NCBI GenBank assembly: GCA_963555985.3
Contig: OY820591.1
Location: forward strand, 1,728,001 to 1,792,000
Source: Dehalococcoidia bacterium
GTDB taxonomy: Bacteria > Chloroflexota > Dehalococcoidia > Bin125
Direction of reading: 5' to 3'
DNA: 64,000 bases
Position numbers and translations under genes: made by a program. The notes beneath the pieces are model-generated. The model was given only the letters and a program-made list of their open reading frames with translations, did not search any database and was not told the DNA's origin. Position 1 is the first letter of the stretch; every line of letters starts with the position of its first letter. Below, piece by piece: positions 20,172 to 30,243 of this stretch.

Positions 20172-21083
20172 ATGAGCGTGATGATGGAATCCAACCTGGA
20201 CCTGCCCAAGCACTCGGGCAAGGTGCGGGATATTTACGACCTGGGCGACCGGCTACTGCTGGTCACGACCGACCGCGTGTCGGCCTTTGATGTGGTGTTG
20301 CCCACAGGCATTCCCGACAAGGGCTGCGTACTCACCCAGATGTCGGCCTTCTGGTTCGAGACGACCGAATCGGTGGTGCCCAACCACATGATTCGGGTGA
20401 TCGATTCGACCGACAATCCCGACATTCCGGTACCGCTCGGCCCCGAGTACATCGGGCGCACGATGCTCGTGCGCAAGTGCGCGCCGGTCAAGCTGGAGGC
20501 GATCGTGCGCGGCTATCTGGCCGGTTCGGGTTGGGCCGAGTACCAGCGCGACGGCACCGTCTGCGGGATTCCCCTGCCGCCCGGTCTCTCGGAGTCCGAG
20601 CCGCTGCCCAATCCGATCTTTACGCCCTCGACCAAGGGCGAGATCGGCGAGCACGACGAGAACATCACCTACGAGCGCGCCTGCGAGATCGTGGGCGAGG
20701 ATGTCGCCAACACGGTGCGCGTGCGCTCGATGGCGCTCTACACCTACGGCCTCTCGCGGGCGCAGGAGGCGGGTTTCTACCTCGCCGACACCAAGTTTGA
20801 GTTCGGCGCCACTGAGAACGAGCAGGGCGAGGACGAGATCATCCTGATCGACGAGGCGCTGACGCCGGATTCGTCGCGCTTCTGGGATGCGGAGATCTAC
20901 AAGCCCGGCCGCTCGCAGCCGTCGTATGACAAGCAGCCCTTGCGCGACTGGCTCTCGGCGACAGGCTGGGACAAGGAACCGCCCGGCCCCGCCTTGCCGG
21001 ATGAGGTGGTGGACAACATTCGCGGCCGCTATCGCACTGCGTTTGAGCGCGTCACCGGGCGCGAGTTGATCACGGCGGGCTAG
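20172..21083 (+). CDS. purC: SAICAR synthetase
   Basis: GKVRDIY, TDRVSAFD, ADTKFEFG, DEALTPDSSRFW. Confidence 0.97.
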   Translation: MSVMMESNLDLPKHSGKVRDIYDLGDRLLLVTTDRVSAFDVVLPTGIPDKGCVLTQMSAFWFETTESVVPNHMIRVIDSTDNPDIPVPLGPEYIGRTMLVRKCAPVKLEAIVRGYLAGSGWAEYQRDGTVCGIPLPPGLSESEPLPNPIFTPSTKGEIGEHDENITYERACEIVGEDVANTVRVRSMALYTYGLSRAQEAGFYLADTKFEFGATENEQGEDEIILIDEALTPDSSRFWDAEIYKPGRSQPSYDKQPLRDWLSATGWDKEPPGPALPDEVVDNIRGRYRTAFERVTGRELITAG

Positions 21084-21091
21084 GGGTTGGC

Positions 21092-21355
21092 GTGCGCTAC
21101 AAGGCGGAGATTCACGTCACGCTGAAGCGGACCGTGAACGACCCGCAGGGGTTGGCCATTCGCGGCGGCCTGCACTCGTTGGGCTATGAGGGAGTAGAAG
21201 CAGTGCGGGCGGGCAAGTTCATTGAGGTCTGGCTGGAGGCCGAATCAGCAGAAGAAGCCCAGCGGCAAGCGGATGAGATGTCCGACCAACTGCTGGCGAA
21301 TCCGGTGATCGAGGATTACGTGATCTCGGTGGCGGAGGCCGTCGCTACGAGCTGA
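21092..21355 (+). CDS. purS: FGAM synthase subunit PurS
   Basis: DPQG...LLANPVIEDY. Confidence 0.95.
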   Translation: MRYKAEIHVTLKRTVNDPQGLAIRGGLHSLGYEGVEAVRAGKFIEVWLEAESAEEAQRQADEMSDQLLANPVIEDYVISVAEAVATS

Positions 21356-21932
21356 GCGTGCCCTTGGTGCTCGGAGCCCCTGATTCGTCCACGACCCGCA
21401 CGGCGTCGCGCAGGCAGCGCGCGAGCGCTTTGAAGGTCGCCTCGATGATGTGGTGCTCGTTCTCGCCGGCGAGTTGGCGGATGTGCAGCGCGAAACGACC
21501 CTCAAACGCGATCGTCTCCAAGATGTGCTTGGCCATTGACGAGGGCAGTTCGCCGATCATCGGCGCGGGGAAGCGCAGATCGATCACCGCATAGGGCCGC
21601 CCACTCAGATCGAGTGCGACCTGGATCAGCGACTCGTCCAGCGGGACGGTGCGATCGGCGAAGCGGGCGATGCCGGCGCGGTCGCCCAGGGCGTCATTCA
21701 ATGCTCGTCCGACCGCGATGGCGACGTCTTCCGAGGTGTGATGCGCGTCCACTTCGAGGTCGCCGGACGCACGCACGGTCAAGTCCAACCCGCCGTGCCG
21801 CGCCAGTTGGTGCAGCATGTGATCGAGCATTCCGACGCCTGTGGCGACGGACGCCTTGCCGGAGCCGTCGAGATTGAGCTCGACGCTGATCGAGGTTTCG
21901 CCGGTTTCGCGGAGAACTGTGGCGGTGCGCAT
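21345..21932 (-). CDS. hisB: Imidazoleglycerol-phosphate dehydratase
   Basis: RETGET, DAHHTSED, NEHHIIEATFK, PSTKG. Confidence 0.97.
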   Translation of the reverse strand: MRTATVLRETGETSISVELNLDGSGKASVATGVGMLDHMLHQLARHGGLDLTVRASGDLEVDAHHTSEDVAIAVGRALNDALGDRAGIARFADRTVPLDESLIQVALDLSGRPYAVIDLRFPAPMIGELPSSMAKHILETIAFEGRFALHIRQLAGENEHHIIEATFKALARCLRDAVRVVDESGAPSTKGTLSS

Positions 21933-21976
21933 AGGTACACGTTGCCCGAATGGGTTACGCCTGTCTAGTGACGGCG

Positions 21977-22834
21977 TTACGTCGGACGCTCGGTCGTGCG
22001 CTCCTCGATCGCGTAGAGCTCGTCCATGCCTGCCATGTGCTGGACTTCTCGGTAGAGCGACATCAGCTCGTCCACCTCACGCCCCGACCCGCCGCTGGCG
22101 GCGATGCTGCGGTAGGCGTCGCGCATCGCGCCGTAGGCGGCGACCTGGCCGGTGAAGGGGTCGATCAGGACGTTGAAACCGTGTCCAGCCAGCGTCTCGC
22201 GGTCGAGCCGATCGGCGGGAGCCATGATCGAGAGCGGCCCGCCCAGCACTCTGCCCGCCTCGGCGATCTGCTCAGGATCGTTGGTGAACAGCATCAGCAC
22301 GTCCGCGCCGGCCTCGCGGTAGGCGGCCGACCGCTCCAGCGCCCGCTCGAACGATTCGTTTCGCACCGCGCCGGTGCGGGCGATGATGATGAAATCTGGA
22401 TCCGTGCGGGCGGCGACTGCCTCGCGCACCTTGTCCACCATCATCTCCAGCGAGACCAGATGCTCGACGCCCTTGTGATGATGCGCGCGCTTGGGCGCAA
22501 CCTGGTCCTCGATCTCAATCGCCGCCGCGCCCGCCGCCTCAATCTCACGCACGGCGCGAGTCGTATGCAGCGCGTCGCCGAAGCCAACGCCGCCGTCAAC
22601 GATCAGGGGCACGTTGGAGCGAGCGGTGATCTGGCGGGTCAGCCCCGCGACCTCGGTAATCGTGAGCAGCGCTTCGGAGACGGAGAGCTGAAAGCCGAAA
22701 CCGCCGCCGGAGAGATAGGCGGCCTCAAAGCCAAGCGACTCCACGAGCCGCGCAGAGAGCGGATCAAGCGCGACCGGCGCGAGGATCGGCTGTCCGCTGC
22801 GGACGAGGTTGGCGAATGCGGTGCGATCTGCCAT
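21977..22834 (-). CDS. Isocitrate lyase/PEP mutase family protein (methylisocitrate lyase-like)
   Basis: YLSG, DGGVGFG, IEDQVAPKRAHH, IIART. Confidence 0.85.
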   Translation of the reverse strand: MADRTAFANLVRSGQPILAPVALDPLSARLVESLGFEAAYLSGGGFGFQLSVSEALLTITEVAGLTRQITARSNVPLIVDGGVGFGDALHTTRAVREIEAAGAAAIEIEDQVAPKRAHHHKGVEHLVSLEMMVDKVREAVAARTDPDFIIIARTGAVRNESFERALERSAAYREAGADVLMLFTNDPEQIAEAGRVLGGPLSIMAPADRLDRETLAGHGFNVLIDPFTGQVAAYGAMRDAYRSIAASGGSGREVDELMSLYREVQHMAGMDELYAIEERTTERPT

Positions 22835-24045
22835 TACTGATCTCCTTCGTCAAGAGACACGACGCCGCCCTCGACCAGACGCTCAATTTCTGCCGCCGAG
22901 CGGCCGATCAGCGCAAGCGCTTCGCGGGTGTGCTCGCCGATGGCGGAGGCTCCGCGCTTGAGTTTGATTGGCGTTCGGGAGAGGTGGACGGGGGAGCCGG
23001 AGACCTTGATCGTCTTCTGAGACTTGGCGACGGGGAGTTCGGCGATCATGCCCCGGGCTGCGATGTGGGGATCGTTGATGATCTGGGGGACGGTGTTCAT
23101 GGGAGCGGCGATGCAGACGCCTTCAAGCTCGGCTTCCCACTCGGCGGTGGTGCGACGCTTGAAGGCCTCGAAGAGGATCGGTTCCAGGTCGGCGTGGTGC
23201 TCGGTGCGGTCGGGGTTGGTCTGGAAACGGTCGTCGTGGAGCAGGTCGTCGCGCTCGATCTTGACGCAGAAGAGTTGCCAGTCCTTGACCCCGGCGATCA
23301 CCATCCAACCGTCGGCGGTGGGCAGCGCCTGGAAGGGCGTCACAAGCGGGTGGCGGGTGCCGATTGGCCCGGGCGCCTCATCGGTGTTGGCGGCGCGAAC
23401 GACGGCGTTCTCCAGCAGCGCCACCTGTGCGTCCAACATGGCGACGTCGACGTGCTGACCCAGACCGGAGGACTCGCGCTCGTGCATGGCGGCGAGCACG
23501 CCGATCGCGGTGTACATGCCGCCGGCCATGTCGCCGATGCTGTAGCCCGGTCGCGCGGGCGGGCCGCCGGGGTGTCCGGTGATGCTCATCACGCCGCCCA
23601 TGCCCTGCACGATCACGTCCACGGCCGGTCTGTGTTGGTAGGGGCCGGTGTGCCCGAAGCCCGAGGTGGAGGCGTAAATCAGGCGCGGGTTGACGGCCGA
23701 CAGATCGTCGTAGCCGAGACCCAGCCGTCCCATCGCGCCGGGGCGGAAGTTCTCGGTGAGCACGTCGATGCCGCCGCCGCTGGGGTCGATCAGGTCTTTG
23801 ACGATCTGGACGGCTTCGGGCTGCTTGAGGTCCAGCGTGAGCGACTTCTTGCCGCGATTGACGCTGAAGAAGTAGGTCGAGACGCCGTGCACGTAGGGGC
23901 CGGCACCGCGATGGCGCTCGTTGGTCTCGACGTGTTCGACCTTGTAGACATCGGCGCCGAGGTCGGTGAGGATCATCGAGCCGTAAGGCCCGGCGAGAGC
24001 CCAGGTGAAGTCGAGGATGCGGAGGCCTTCAAGTGGTCCGGGCAT
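22834..24045 (-). CDS. CoA transferase family III (CaiB/BaiF)
   Basis: GPLEGLRILDFTWALAGP, NRGKKS, ENFRPG. Confidence 0.93.
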   Translation of the reverse strand: MPGPLEGLRILDFTWALAGPYGSMILTDLGADVYKVEHVETNERHRGAGPYVHGVSTYFFSVNRGKKSLTLDLKQPEAVQIVKDLIDPSGGGIDVLTENFRPGAMGRLGLGYDDLSAVNPRLIYASTSGFGHTGPYQHRPAVDVIVQGMGGVMSITGHPGGPPARPGYSIGDMAGGMYTAIGVLAAMHERESSGLGQHVDVAMLDAQVALLENAVVRAANTDEAPGPIGTRHPLVTPFQALPTADGWMVIAGVKDWQLFCVKIERDDLLHDDRFQTNPDRTEHHADLEPILFEAFKRRTTAEWEAELEGVCIAAPMNTVPQIINDPHIAARGMIAELPVAKSQKTIKVSGSPVHLSRTPIKLKRGASAIGEHTREALALIGRSAAEIERLVEGGVVSLDEGDQ

Positions 24046-24061
24046 GATTCGGCCTCTCCAG

Positions 24062-24622
24062 CTATTCGAGTTCGAGTCCCGGCGTACCCGGTTCGAGCTG
24101 GACGCCGAGTGTGTTCAGCGCCATTGAGACGAGGTTGTACTGTCCGGCGGCGAAGACGACGTCCATTAGCTGTTTGGTGTCGTAGGTCTTGGCCAAGGTG
24201 TCCCAGGTCTCGTCGCTCACGAATGCGTCGGCGTGGAGTTCGTCCGCCGCTCGCAGGAGCGCCGCTTCATGCTCGCTCCAGGCGGCGTGATCGGGGCCTG
24301 CCTTGGTGCGTTCGACCTCTTCGAGTGAGAGTCCCGCTTGCTGCCCGATCCGCCGGTGCTGGCCAAACTCGTAGCCGGATTGGCAGTTCCAGCCCATGCG
24401 CAGGATCACCAATTCACGCTCGCGCTCGGGCAGCGACGATCCGGCGAGGACGTGCCGGGCGAAGTAACCCCACGCCGAGGAGAGTTCGGGGTAGTGCGCG
24501 AGCGTGCGGGTGATGTTCAGCACCGGTCCGCCGCGAGCCTCGGCGCGCTCCAGTTGGGCGCGTGATTCGCCTTCGGCGGTTTCGATGGTGAGCGGTTGCA
24601 AACGTGGTTCGGAGAGTCGCAT
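24062..24622 (-). CDS. Carboxymuconolactone decarboxylase/AhpD family protein
   Basis: RELVILRMGWNCQSGYEFGQH. Confidence 0.85.
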   Translation of the reverse strand: MRLSEPRLQPLTIETAEGESRAQLERAEARGGPVLNITRTLAHYPELSSAWGYFARHVLAGSSLPERERELVILRMGWNCQSGYEFGQHRRIGQQAGLSLEEVERTKAGPDHAAWSEHEAALLRAADELHADAFVSDETWDTLAKTYDTKQLMDVVFAAGQYNLVSMALNTLGVQLEPGTPGLELE

Positions 24623-24682
24623 CCGAGCAGCCTTTCGTGTTGGCCGCTGGCAGGATACGGCCTGGCGGCGCGAGCGCGAGAG

Positions 24683-25804
24683 TCAGTCTGCGAGCAACGC
24701 GGTCTGTAGGCGTTGGGCGAGCGACTCCAGCTGATCGGGCCGGGGAACGCTGATCCGCAGGCAATGTTCCAGGCGTGGATCGCTGTAGGTGCGAGTGAAG
24801 ACACCGAGCGAGGCGAGGCGGTCGTGCAAGTCTCTGCCGGAGCCGCGCTCGACCTCGACCAGGATGAAGTTGGCTTGGGATGGGATCGGGGAGAGGCCGT
24901 CCAAGCCGTTGATGATCTCGAAGAGCCGGTCGCGGCATGAGCGGATCTCTGCGATCTGCTTGTGCAGTTCGTTTGCGTGTTGCAATGCGGCCAGCGCGGC
25001 GACTTCCGCCGCCTGATTGATGTTGTAGGGCTGTTTGACCTTGATCAGCGCTTCGACCAGCTCTGCATTGGCCATTGCGTAGCCCACTCGCAGACCGGCG
25101 ATGCCGGCCCATTTGCTGAAGGTGCGGAGGATGAGCAGACGCGGGTACTGATCGAGCAACGGCACCGCGGACGCCTCTTCGCCGGCGAACTCAATGTAGG
25201 CCTCATCCAGCATCACGGTTGCGCCGGTGTCGAGGAGCTCGTGGATTGTGTCGCGCGCAATCAGATCGCCGCTGGGATTGTTGGGGGAAGTGAGCATCAC
25301 GACCCCGCGATGCTCCTGCGCAGCCTCAAGCAGTGGTTTGCGGGGGAGATCGAACCGTTCTCCACGCGGGATCTCAATCAGGCGAAGCTGGTTAACGTCG
25401 GCCAGGAACGGGTACATGCCAAACGAGGGAGGCGCGGTGATCACAGCCTCGCCAGGCTTCAGCAGCGCCCGGAAGGTGAGATCCAGGAGCTCGTCCGCGC
25501 CCGCGCCCGCGATGATTCGTTCCGCCTCCACGCCGGTGTAGCCGGCTAGCGCTGAGCGCAGCGCCGCCTGATTCGGATCGGGATAGATCGAGCCAAAATG
25601 CGGATCGGCGAGTGCGGATCGGAGCGCGGCGCGTACTCGCGGGTGCATCCCAAAGGGGTTCTCGTTGGCGTCGAGTTTGAGCGCATCGGCGGGATCGATT
25701 CCGGCGGCTCGGGCGCGCTCCGCGAGTGGAACTACGGGTGCGTAGCCCGGGAGTTTGGCCAGGTGCGGCAAAACCTGCGGGGGTTGGCTGCGCCAGTCGC
25801 TCAT
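24683..25804 (-). CDS. hisC: Histidinol-phosphate aminotransferase
   Basis: KLDANENP, SPNNPSG, DEAYIEF, RTFSKWAGIAGLRVG. Confidence 0.95.
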   Translation of the reverse strand: MSDWRSQPPQVLPHLAKLPGYAPVVPLAERARAAGIDPADALKLDANENPFGMHPRVRAALRSALADPHFGSIYPDPNQAALRSALAGYTGVEAERIIAGAGADELLDLTFRALLKPGEAVITAPPSFGMYPFLADVNQLRLIEIPRGERFDLPRKPLLEAAQEHRGVVMLTSPNNPSGDLIARDTIHELLDTGATVMLDEAYIEFAGEEASAVPLLDQYPRLLILRTFSKWAGIAGLRVGYAMANAELVEALIKVKQPYNINQAAEVAALAALQHANELHKQIAEIRSCRDRLFEIINGLDGLSPIPSQANFILVEVERGSGRDLHDRLASLGVFTRTYSDPRLEHCLRISVPRPDQLESLAQRLQTALLAD

Positions 25805-27159
25805 TGGTCGAGTCGGCGCCGCTCGAGTGAGCGCGCGTGTGCGTCGAGCAGCTCGGCATGGGCGATCAGCTCGGCGTCGGGCGCGATCTGGTCAAGCAGG
25901 TCGTCGGTGACTTGTACGACCGTGGTGATTTTCATGAACTCACCCACGTTGAGGGCGGAGGCGAAGCGCGCAGAGCCTCCGGTCGGCATCACGTGGGAAG
26001 GGCCGGCCACGTAGTCGCCGAGCGCCTCCGGGGAGGCTTCGCCGACGAACAGGCCGCCGGCGTTTCGCACCTGATCGATGCGCTGATGCGCGTCGGCCGT
26101 GACCAGCGCCAGGTGTTCGGGGGCGTATTGGTTTGCGAGCGCGAGCGCATCGTCGAGGTTGGGCACGTAGGCCAGGCCGCCGCGATTGCGGACGGCGTTG
26201 AGGGCGATCTCGCGGCGGGGCAGATCGGCGGCCTGGACGGTGAGTTGGGCGGCGACTCGCTCGGCCAGTTCTGCGCTGGTGCTGATCAGGATCGGGGCGG
26301 CGAAGTTGTCGTGTTCCGCTTGGGCGAGCAGGTCTGCGGCGACCAGCTCGGGATTGGCGGAGTCGTCGGCGATGATCAGCGTTTCGGTGGGTCCGTAGAT
26401 GGCGTCGATCCCGACGACTCCGTAGAGGCGGCGCTTGGCGGCGGTGACGAAGCGGTTGCCGGGGCCGAAGATCTTGTCGACGGGCGGGATTGACTCCGTA
26501 CCGTAGGCCAGCGCGGCGATCGCTTGAGCGCCGCCAATTTTGTAGACCGTGCTCACGCCCGCGATTTCGGCTGCGACCAGCTTGAGCGGATTGACTTGGG
26601 CGCGCCCGTCGGAGCCGGGCGTCGCCGGGCTTGCGATCACGACATCCTCGACTCCGGCGACGCGGGCCGGGATCGCGGTGTGCAGCACGGTTGAGGGATA
26701 TACGGCTGCGGTGCCGGGGACGTACAAGCCAACGCGTGCAAGCGGGCGCACGATTTGGCCGAGACCTTCGTGTGAAAATGATTGCGCGGCGTGTTTGAGT
26801 TGTAATTCGTGGTAGCGGCGCACGCGGTCGGCGGCGTTCTGGAGGGCGGTGAGCAGTTCGGGTGCGACCGTTGCGCGAGCCTCGGCGAATTCCTGCTCCA
26901 TTACTAGCAGATTGTCGGGCGCGGCGCCGTCGATCGCTTCTGCGAGCTCGCGCAGCGCGGTGTCGCCGCCTTCGCGGACTTGCTGGATGATCCGGCGAAC
27001 GGCCTCTTCGAAGCCGGGATCGTCAGCGAAGAGTCTGCGCAAGATGACGCGCTCCGGTTCGGTGAGCGCATCGTCGTCGGGACGGCGGCGCGCCAGGAGT
27101 TGGGCGCGCACCTCGTTCAGGCCGCGCCAGATCGGAATGGGATCGGAGGCGATAGTCAT
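25801..27159 (-). CDS. hisD: Histidinol dehydrogenase
   Basis: GLYVPG, GGAQAIAALAYG, GPGN, QAEH, APEHL, GDYVAGPSHVMPT. Confidence 0.97.
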   Translation of the reverse strand: MTIASDPIPIWRGLNEVRAQLLARRRPDDDALTEPERVILRRLFADDPGFEEAVRRIIQQVREGGDTALRELAEAIDGAAPDNLLVMEQEFAEARATVAPELLTALQNAADRVRRYHELQLKHAAQSFSHEGLGQIVRPLARVGLYVPGTAAVYPSTVLHTAIPARVAGVEDVVIASPATPGSDGRAQVNPLKLVAAEIAGVSTVYKIGGAQAIAALAYGTESIPPVDKIFGPGNRFVTAAKRRLYGVVGIDAIYGPTETLIIADDSANPELVAADLLAQAEHDNFAAPILISTSAELAERVAAQLTVQAADLPRREIALNAVRNRGGLAYVPNLDDALALANQYAPEHLALVTADAHQRIDQVRNAGGLFVGEASPEALGDYVAGPSHVMPTGGSARFASALNVGEFMKITTVVQVTDDLLDQIAPDAELIAHAELLDAHARSLERRRLDQ

Positions 27160-27920
27160 CGGGCGCGGCCCAGGTAGTCGCTCAGGATGTCGGCGGTTCG
27201 TTGCGCGGTGGACTCGAAAAATCCGTCCAGCACATGCTGATCGACGTGACTCAAGGTGTCGTCGAGCAGTTGCGGGATCGTTTCCATGAACTCGCGCAGG
27301 CCGGATTCGCCGGTGATGCCGGCTCCGCGCAAGTGACGGGAGGCGATGAAGCTGAAGCGCTCCCAGTCAGGCGGGTGCTCGGTCATGGCGGCGGTAGTGT
27401 CGCGCCATTGCTCCAGCAAAGAGCGATCGACGAAGCCTGCGTCGATTTCGACGGCGGAGGTGAAGAGGGCGCGGCGAATGCCTTGCATCTCCCCTCCATG
27501 TTCGCGTTCGCGGCGATCGAGCTCGTATTGGAGGATGCGATCGAGGAGGTTGGCGTGGGAGTCGCCGCCCAGGACCGAGCGGTTGCCGAAGAAGGGCCGA
27601 TAGATCTGCATCACGTATTCCTGATCCATGATCAGGTGGGTGAGATAGCCGCAAACCCAGTAGCGGGTCTCGTTGGAGAGGTGCTCCGGATCGCGGAAGC
27701 TGCGATGGGCGGCGAAGAAGTTCTCGACGCAGTCCTGGTGGCCGTCGTCGTAGATGTCGAAGAAGTGGGTACGTTCTCGATCCCAGCGGGTGAGCACGCG
27801 GATATCGGGCGTGGTCGCGCCGAGCAGGAATTCGCCGTTGCGAAGGGTGAGGCCGGCATCGCCAGCGACGCGCTCGCCGGCGCGGCAGGCGGCGATCATG
27901 TGGGAGACCAGGGGCGGCAT
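27156..27920 (-). CDS. Hypothetical protein, Zn-dependent phospholipase C-like
   Basis: MPxxxxH, LGATTPD, THF, GYLTHLIMD metal-ligand pattern. Confidence 0.6.
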   Translation of the reverse strand: MPPLVSHMIAACRAGERVAGDAGLTLRNGEFLLGATTPDIRVLTRWDRERTHFFDIYDDGHQDCVENFFAAHRSFRDPEHLSNETRYWVCGYLTHLIMDQEYVMQIYRPFFGNRSVLGGDSHANLLDRILQYELDRREREHGGEMQGIRRALFTSAVEIDAGFVDRSLLEQWRDTTAAMTEHPPDWERFSFIASRHLRGAGITGESGLREFMETIPQLLDDTLSHVDQHVLDGFFESTAQRTADILSDYLGRAR

Positions 27921-27996
27921 GGAGGCAGATTATCGCGCGAGCGAACGCCGCGCCAATCGCGCTCAGGCTGCAATTTGCCGATCTACACTCGTTGAT

Positions 27997-29313
27997 ATGA
28001 CCCGCTACATCGCGTTGATGCTGATCGCCGCCGGGATAGTGCTGGCTGCCTGTTCGCCCGATCTGCCGCGGGGCGCGGTGCATGTCTCGACTCTGGCCGA
28101 TGACATTGGCCCGGTCTCGGCCAACTTCATCAAGCGGGCTCTGGATCGGGCTGAAGAGGCGGGTGCGGTTGCCTGGATCCTCGAGCTAGACACGCCAGGC
28201 GGGTTGATCTCGTCGACCGACGACATCGTGCAGCGGATTCTGGCGGCTGAGGTTCCGGTGGTGATCTTCGTCAGTCCGGCGGGGGCGCGGGCGGCTTCGG
28301 CGGGGACGTTCATCACGCTGGCGGGCAATATCGCGGCGATGGCTCCGAACACCCAGATTGGGGCGGCGCATCCGGTGGCGGGGGGCGGGGAGGACATTGA
28401 CGGCGACCTGGGCGACAAGGTGACCAACGACGCCGCGGCGGACATTCGCGGGATTGCGGAGCATCGAGGGCGAAACGCGGAATGGGCAGAACAGGCCGTG
28501 CGCGAGTCGGTCTCGATCACCGGCAGTGAAGCGGTTGAGCTTGGCGTCGTTGATCTCGTAGCTGACGACCTGGACGATCTCCTGGAGCAACTCGACGGGA
28601 TGGTGGTGGACGGATTCGGCGCGCTTGCGGTGTCGGGCGCGCCGATGGTGGAGACGGACTACACGTTTGCCGAGAACGTGCTTGACGTGATCGCCGATCC
28701 GAACATCGCCTTCATTCTGATCAACATCGGCGGACTGCTCTTGATCGTGGAGGCGTTCTCGCCGGGGCTGGTCGGTCCGGGCGTCTTCGGCGTGATCATG
28801 CTGATCGTGGGCTTCTTCGCCCTGGGCCCGCTGGACACGAATCCGGCGGGGATTGCGCTGCTGGTGCTGGGCTTGATCTTGCTCGTGGCCGAGGTCTTTG
28901 TGGCCGGCTTCGGCTTTCTCGGCATCGGCGGGATCATTGCGTTGGTGATCGGGGGGCTGATCCTGATTGGGGATGCGTCGGTGGATGCGGAGAAGGTGTC
29001 GGTCTGGGCGTTGATCGTTGGCGCGGGCTTGATCGGAGCGGTGGTGTTGGGGATCGGCATGTTGGTCGGGATTGACCGGCGGCGGCCGAAGTGGCGGCCT
29101 CGGCTCACGAGCCAGGATTCGGACGGGATCGTGGGCAAGGCGGGGGTGGCGCACAACCTGCTCTCGCCGCAGGGCACGGTCGTGGTCGATGCGGAGTTGT
29201 GGTCGGCGCGGGCGGCGGCGGGGGTGGAGATCGCGCAGGGAGCGTCTGTGCGCGTGATTGGGATGGACGGTCTGACGGCGATTGTGGAGGCGGAAGAGAG
29301 CGAGCCTCAGTAG
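27997..29313 (+). CDS. nfeD: NfeD family membrane-bound serine protease (ClpP-like domain, TM helices, OB fold)
   Basis: LDTPGG, AASAG, IGAAHPV, several TM helices, ELWSAR. Confidence 0.9.
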   Translation: MTRYIALMLIAAGIVLAACSPDLPRGAVHVSTLADDIGPVSANFIKRALDRAEEAGAVAWILELDTPGGLISSTDDIVQRILAAEVPVVIFVSPAGARAASAGTFITLAGNIAAMAPNTQIGAAHPVAGGGEDIDGDLGDKVTNDAAADIRGIAEHRGRNAEWAEQAVRESVSITGSEAVELGVVDLVADDLDDLLEQLDGMVVDGFGALAVSGAPMVETDYTFAENVLDVIADPNIAFILINIGGLLLIVEAFSPGLVGPGVFGVIMLIVGFFALGPLDTNPAGIALLVLGLILLVAEVFVAGFGFLGIGGIIALVIGGLILIGDASVDAEKVSVWALIVGAGLIGAVVLGIGMLVGIDRRRPKWRPRLTSQDSDGIVGKAGVAHNLLSPQGTVVVDAELWSARAAAGVEIAQGASVRVIGMDGLTAIVEAEESEPQ

Positions 29314-29675
29314 GAGTGGATGGCGCGTTTGGCGTTGCGGGGGCGCTGGGGGATGCGTGCGGCGCGGCCGGTGCGTCCGCGGAGGTAGTAGAGGCGGCTG
29401 CGGCGGACGCGGCCGCGGCGGACGACTTCGACTTTGAGCACGCGCGGGGAGTGGTAGAGGAAGGTGCGCTCGACGCCGATGCCCTGGGTGACGCGGCGGA
29501 CGGTGAAGTTGGAGGAGGAGCCCTTCTTCTTGCGCCGGATGACGACGCCTTCGAAGACCTGGGTGCGCTCGCGGTCGCCTTCGACGATGAGAGCATGGAC
29601 GCGCACGGTGTCGCCGGGTTGAAACGGTTGGATTTCCTCGTTGCGTTCAAGGGTGAGCAGGTCGCTGCGGTCCAT
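29307..29675 (-). CDS. rplS: 50S ribosomal protein L19
   Basis: [35 protein letters not shown]. Confidence 0.98.
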   Translation of the reverse strand: MDRSDLLTLERNEEIQPFQPGDTVRVHALIVEGDRERTQVFEGVVIRRKKKGSSSNFTVRRVTQGIGVERTFLYHSPRVLKVEVVRRGRVRRSRLYYLRGRTGRAARIPQRPRNAKRAIHSY

Positions 29676-29811
29676 CGTTCGTTCTCTCGGCGTGTTGGGC
29701 GGGAACTGCCAGTGTACGCGGGGGGTTGGCTTTGGCCTAGCGCCCGATCGGGGTGACCCTCAGGCGGAGCGTGACGCGGGATACATCCACAAGGGGATTG
29801 TTCGGCTTGGG

Positions 29812-29940
29812 GGTGTTCAGGGAGAAATTTATTTTGGCGTGCGGGGATGCTGATCTCCTGTGTTTTCTGGGGTTTTGGCGTTTGGGGTGTTCAGTCTTGT
29901 TCAGGTTTGGGTGTTCGATTGCGTTCGATTGCGTTCGATT
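29812..29940. repeat. Dispersed intergenic element copy 2, followed by a 10-bp tandem repeat (GTTCGATTGC x ~2.8)
   Basis: Collinear with 4340-4440; tandem unit at 29913-29940. Confidence 0.7.
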
Positions 29941-30009
29941 TTGGACGGATTTGTGCGGACTTGGACGGGGGCGTTCGGGTGGTGTTTGGGATGTGCGCGT
30001 GGTGTCACC

Positions 30010-30243
30010 CGTTGCGTCACCGGCCATTTCGGAGGCTCCTCAACGCAAGGAGCGCGGCACCTATTCGATGATCCACGTTGCGTCACCGGCCATTTCGGAG
30101 GCTCCTCAACGGTCCTCTACCCCAACCCGCACGGCTACTACCGTTGCGTCACCGGCCATTTCGGAGGCTCCTCAACGAGCGTTGCGCGTTGCGTATCCGT
30201 TCGCCATCGTTGCGTCACCGGCCATTTCGGAGGCTCCTCAACG
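30010..30243 (-). CRISPR. CRISPR array: 4 identical 36-bp repeats and 3 spacers of 30 bp
   Basis: CGTTGCGTCACCGGCCATTTCGGAGGCTCCTCAACG at 30010-30045, 30076-30111, 30142-30177 and 30208-30243; unique spacers; minus orientation inferred from the adjacent gene and anti-repeat. Confidence 0.95.

Noticed and set aside
30178-30207. Spacer 3 contains CGTTGCG twice, like the repeat end
   Set aside because: Matches of only 7-8 nt and normal spacer length; not a degenerate repeat
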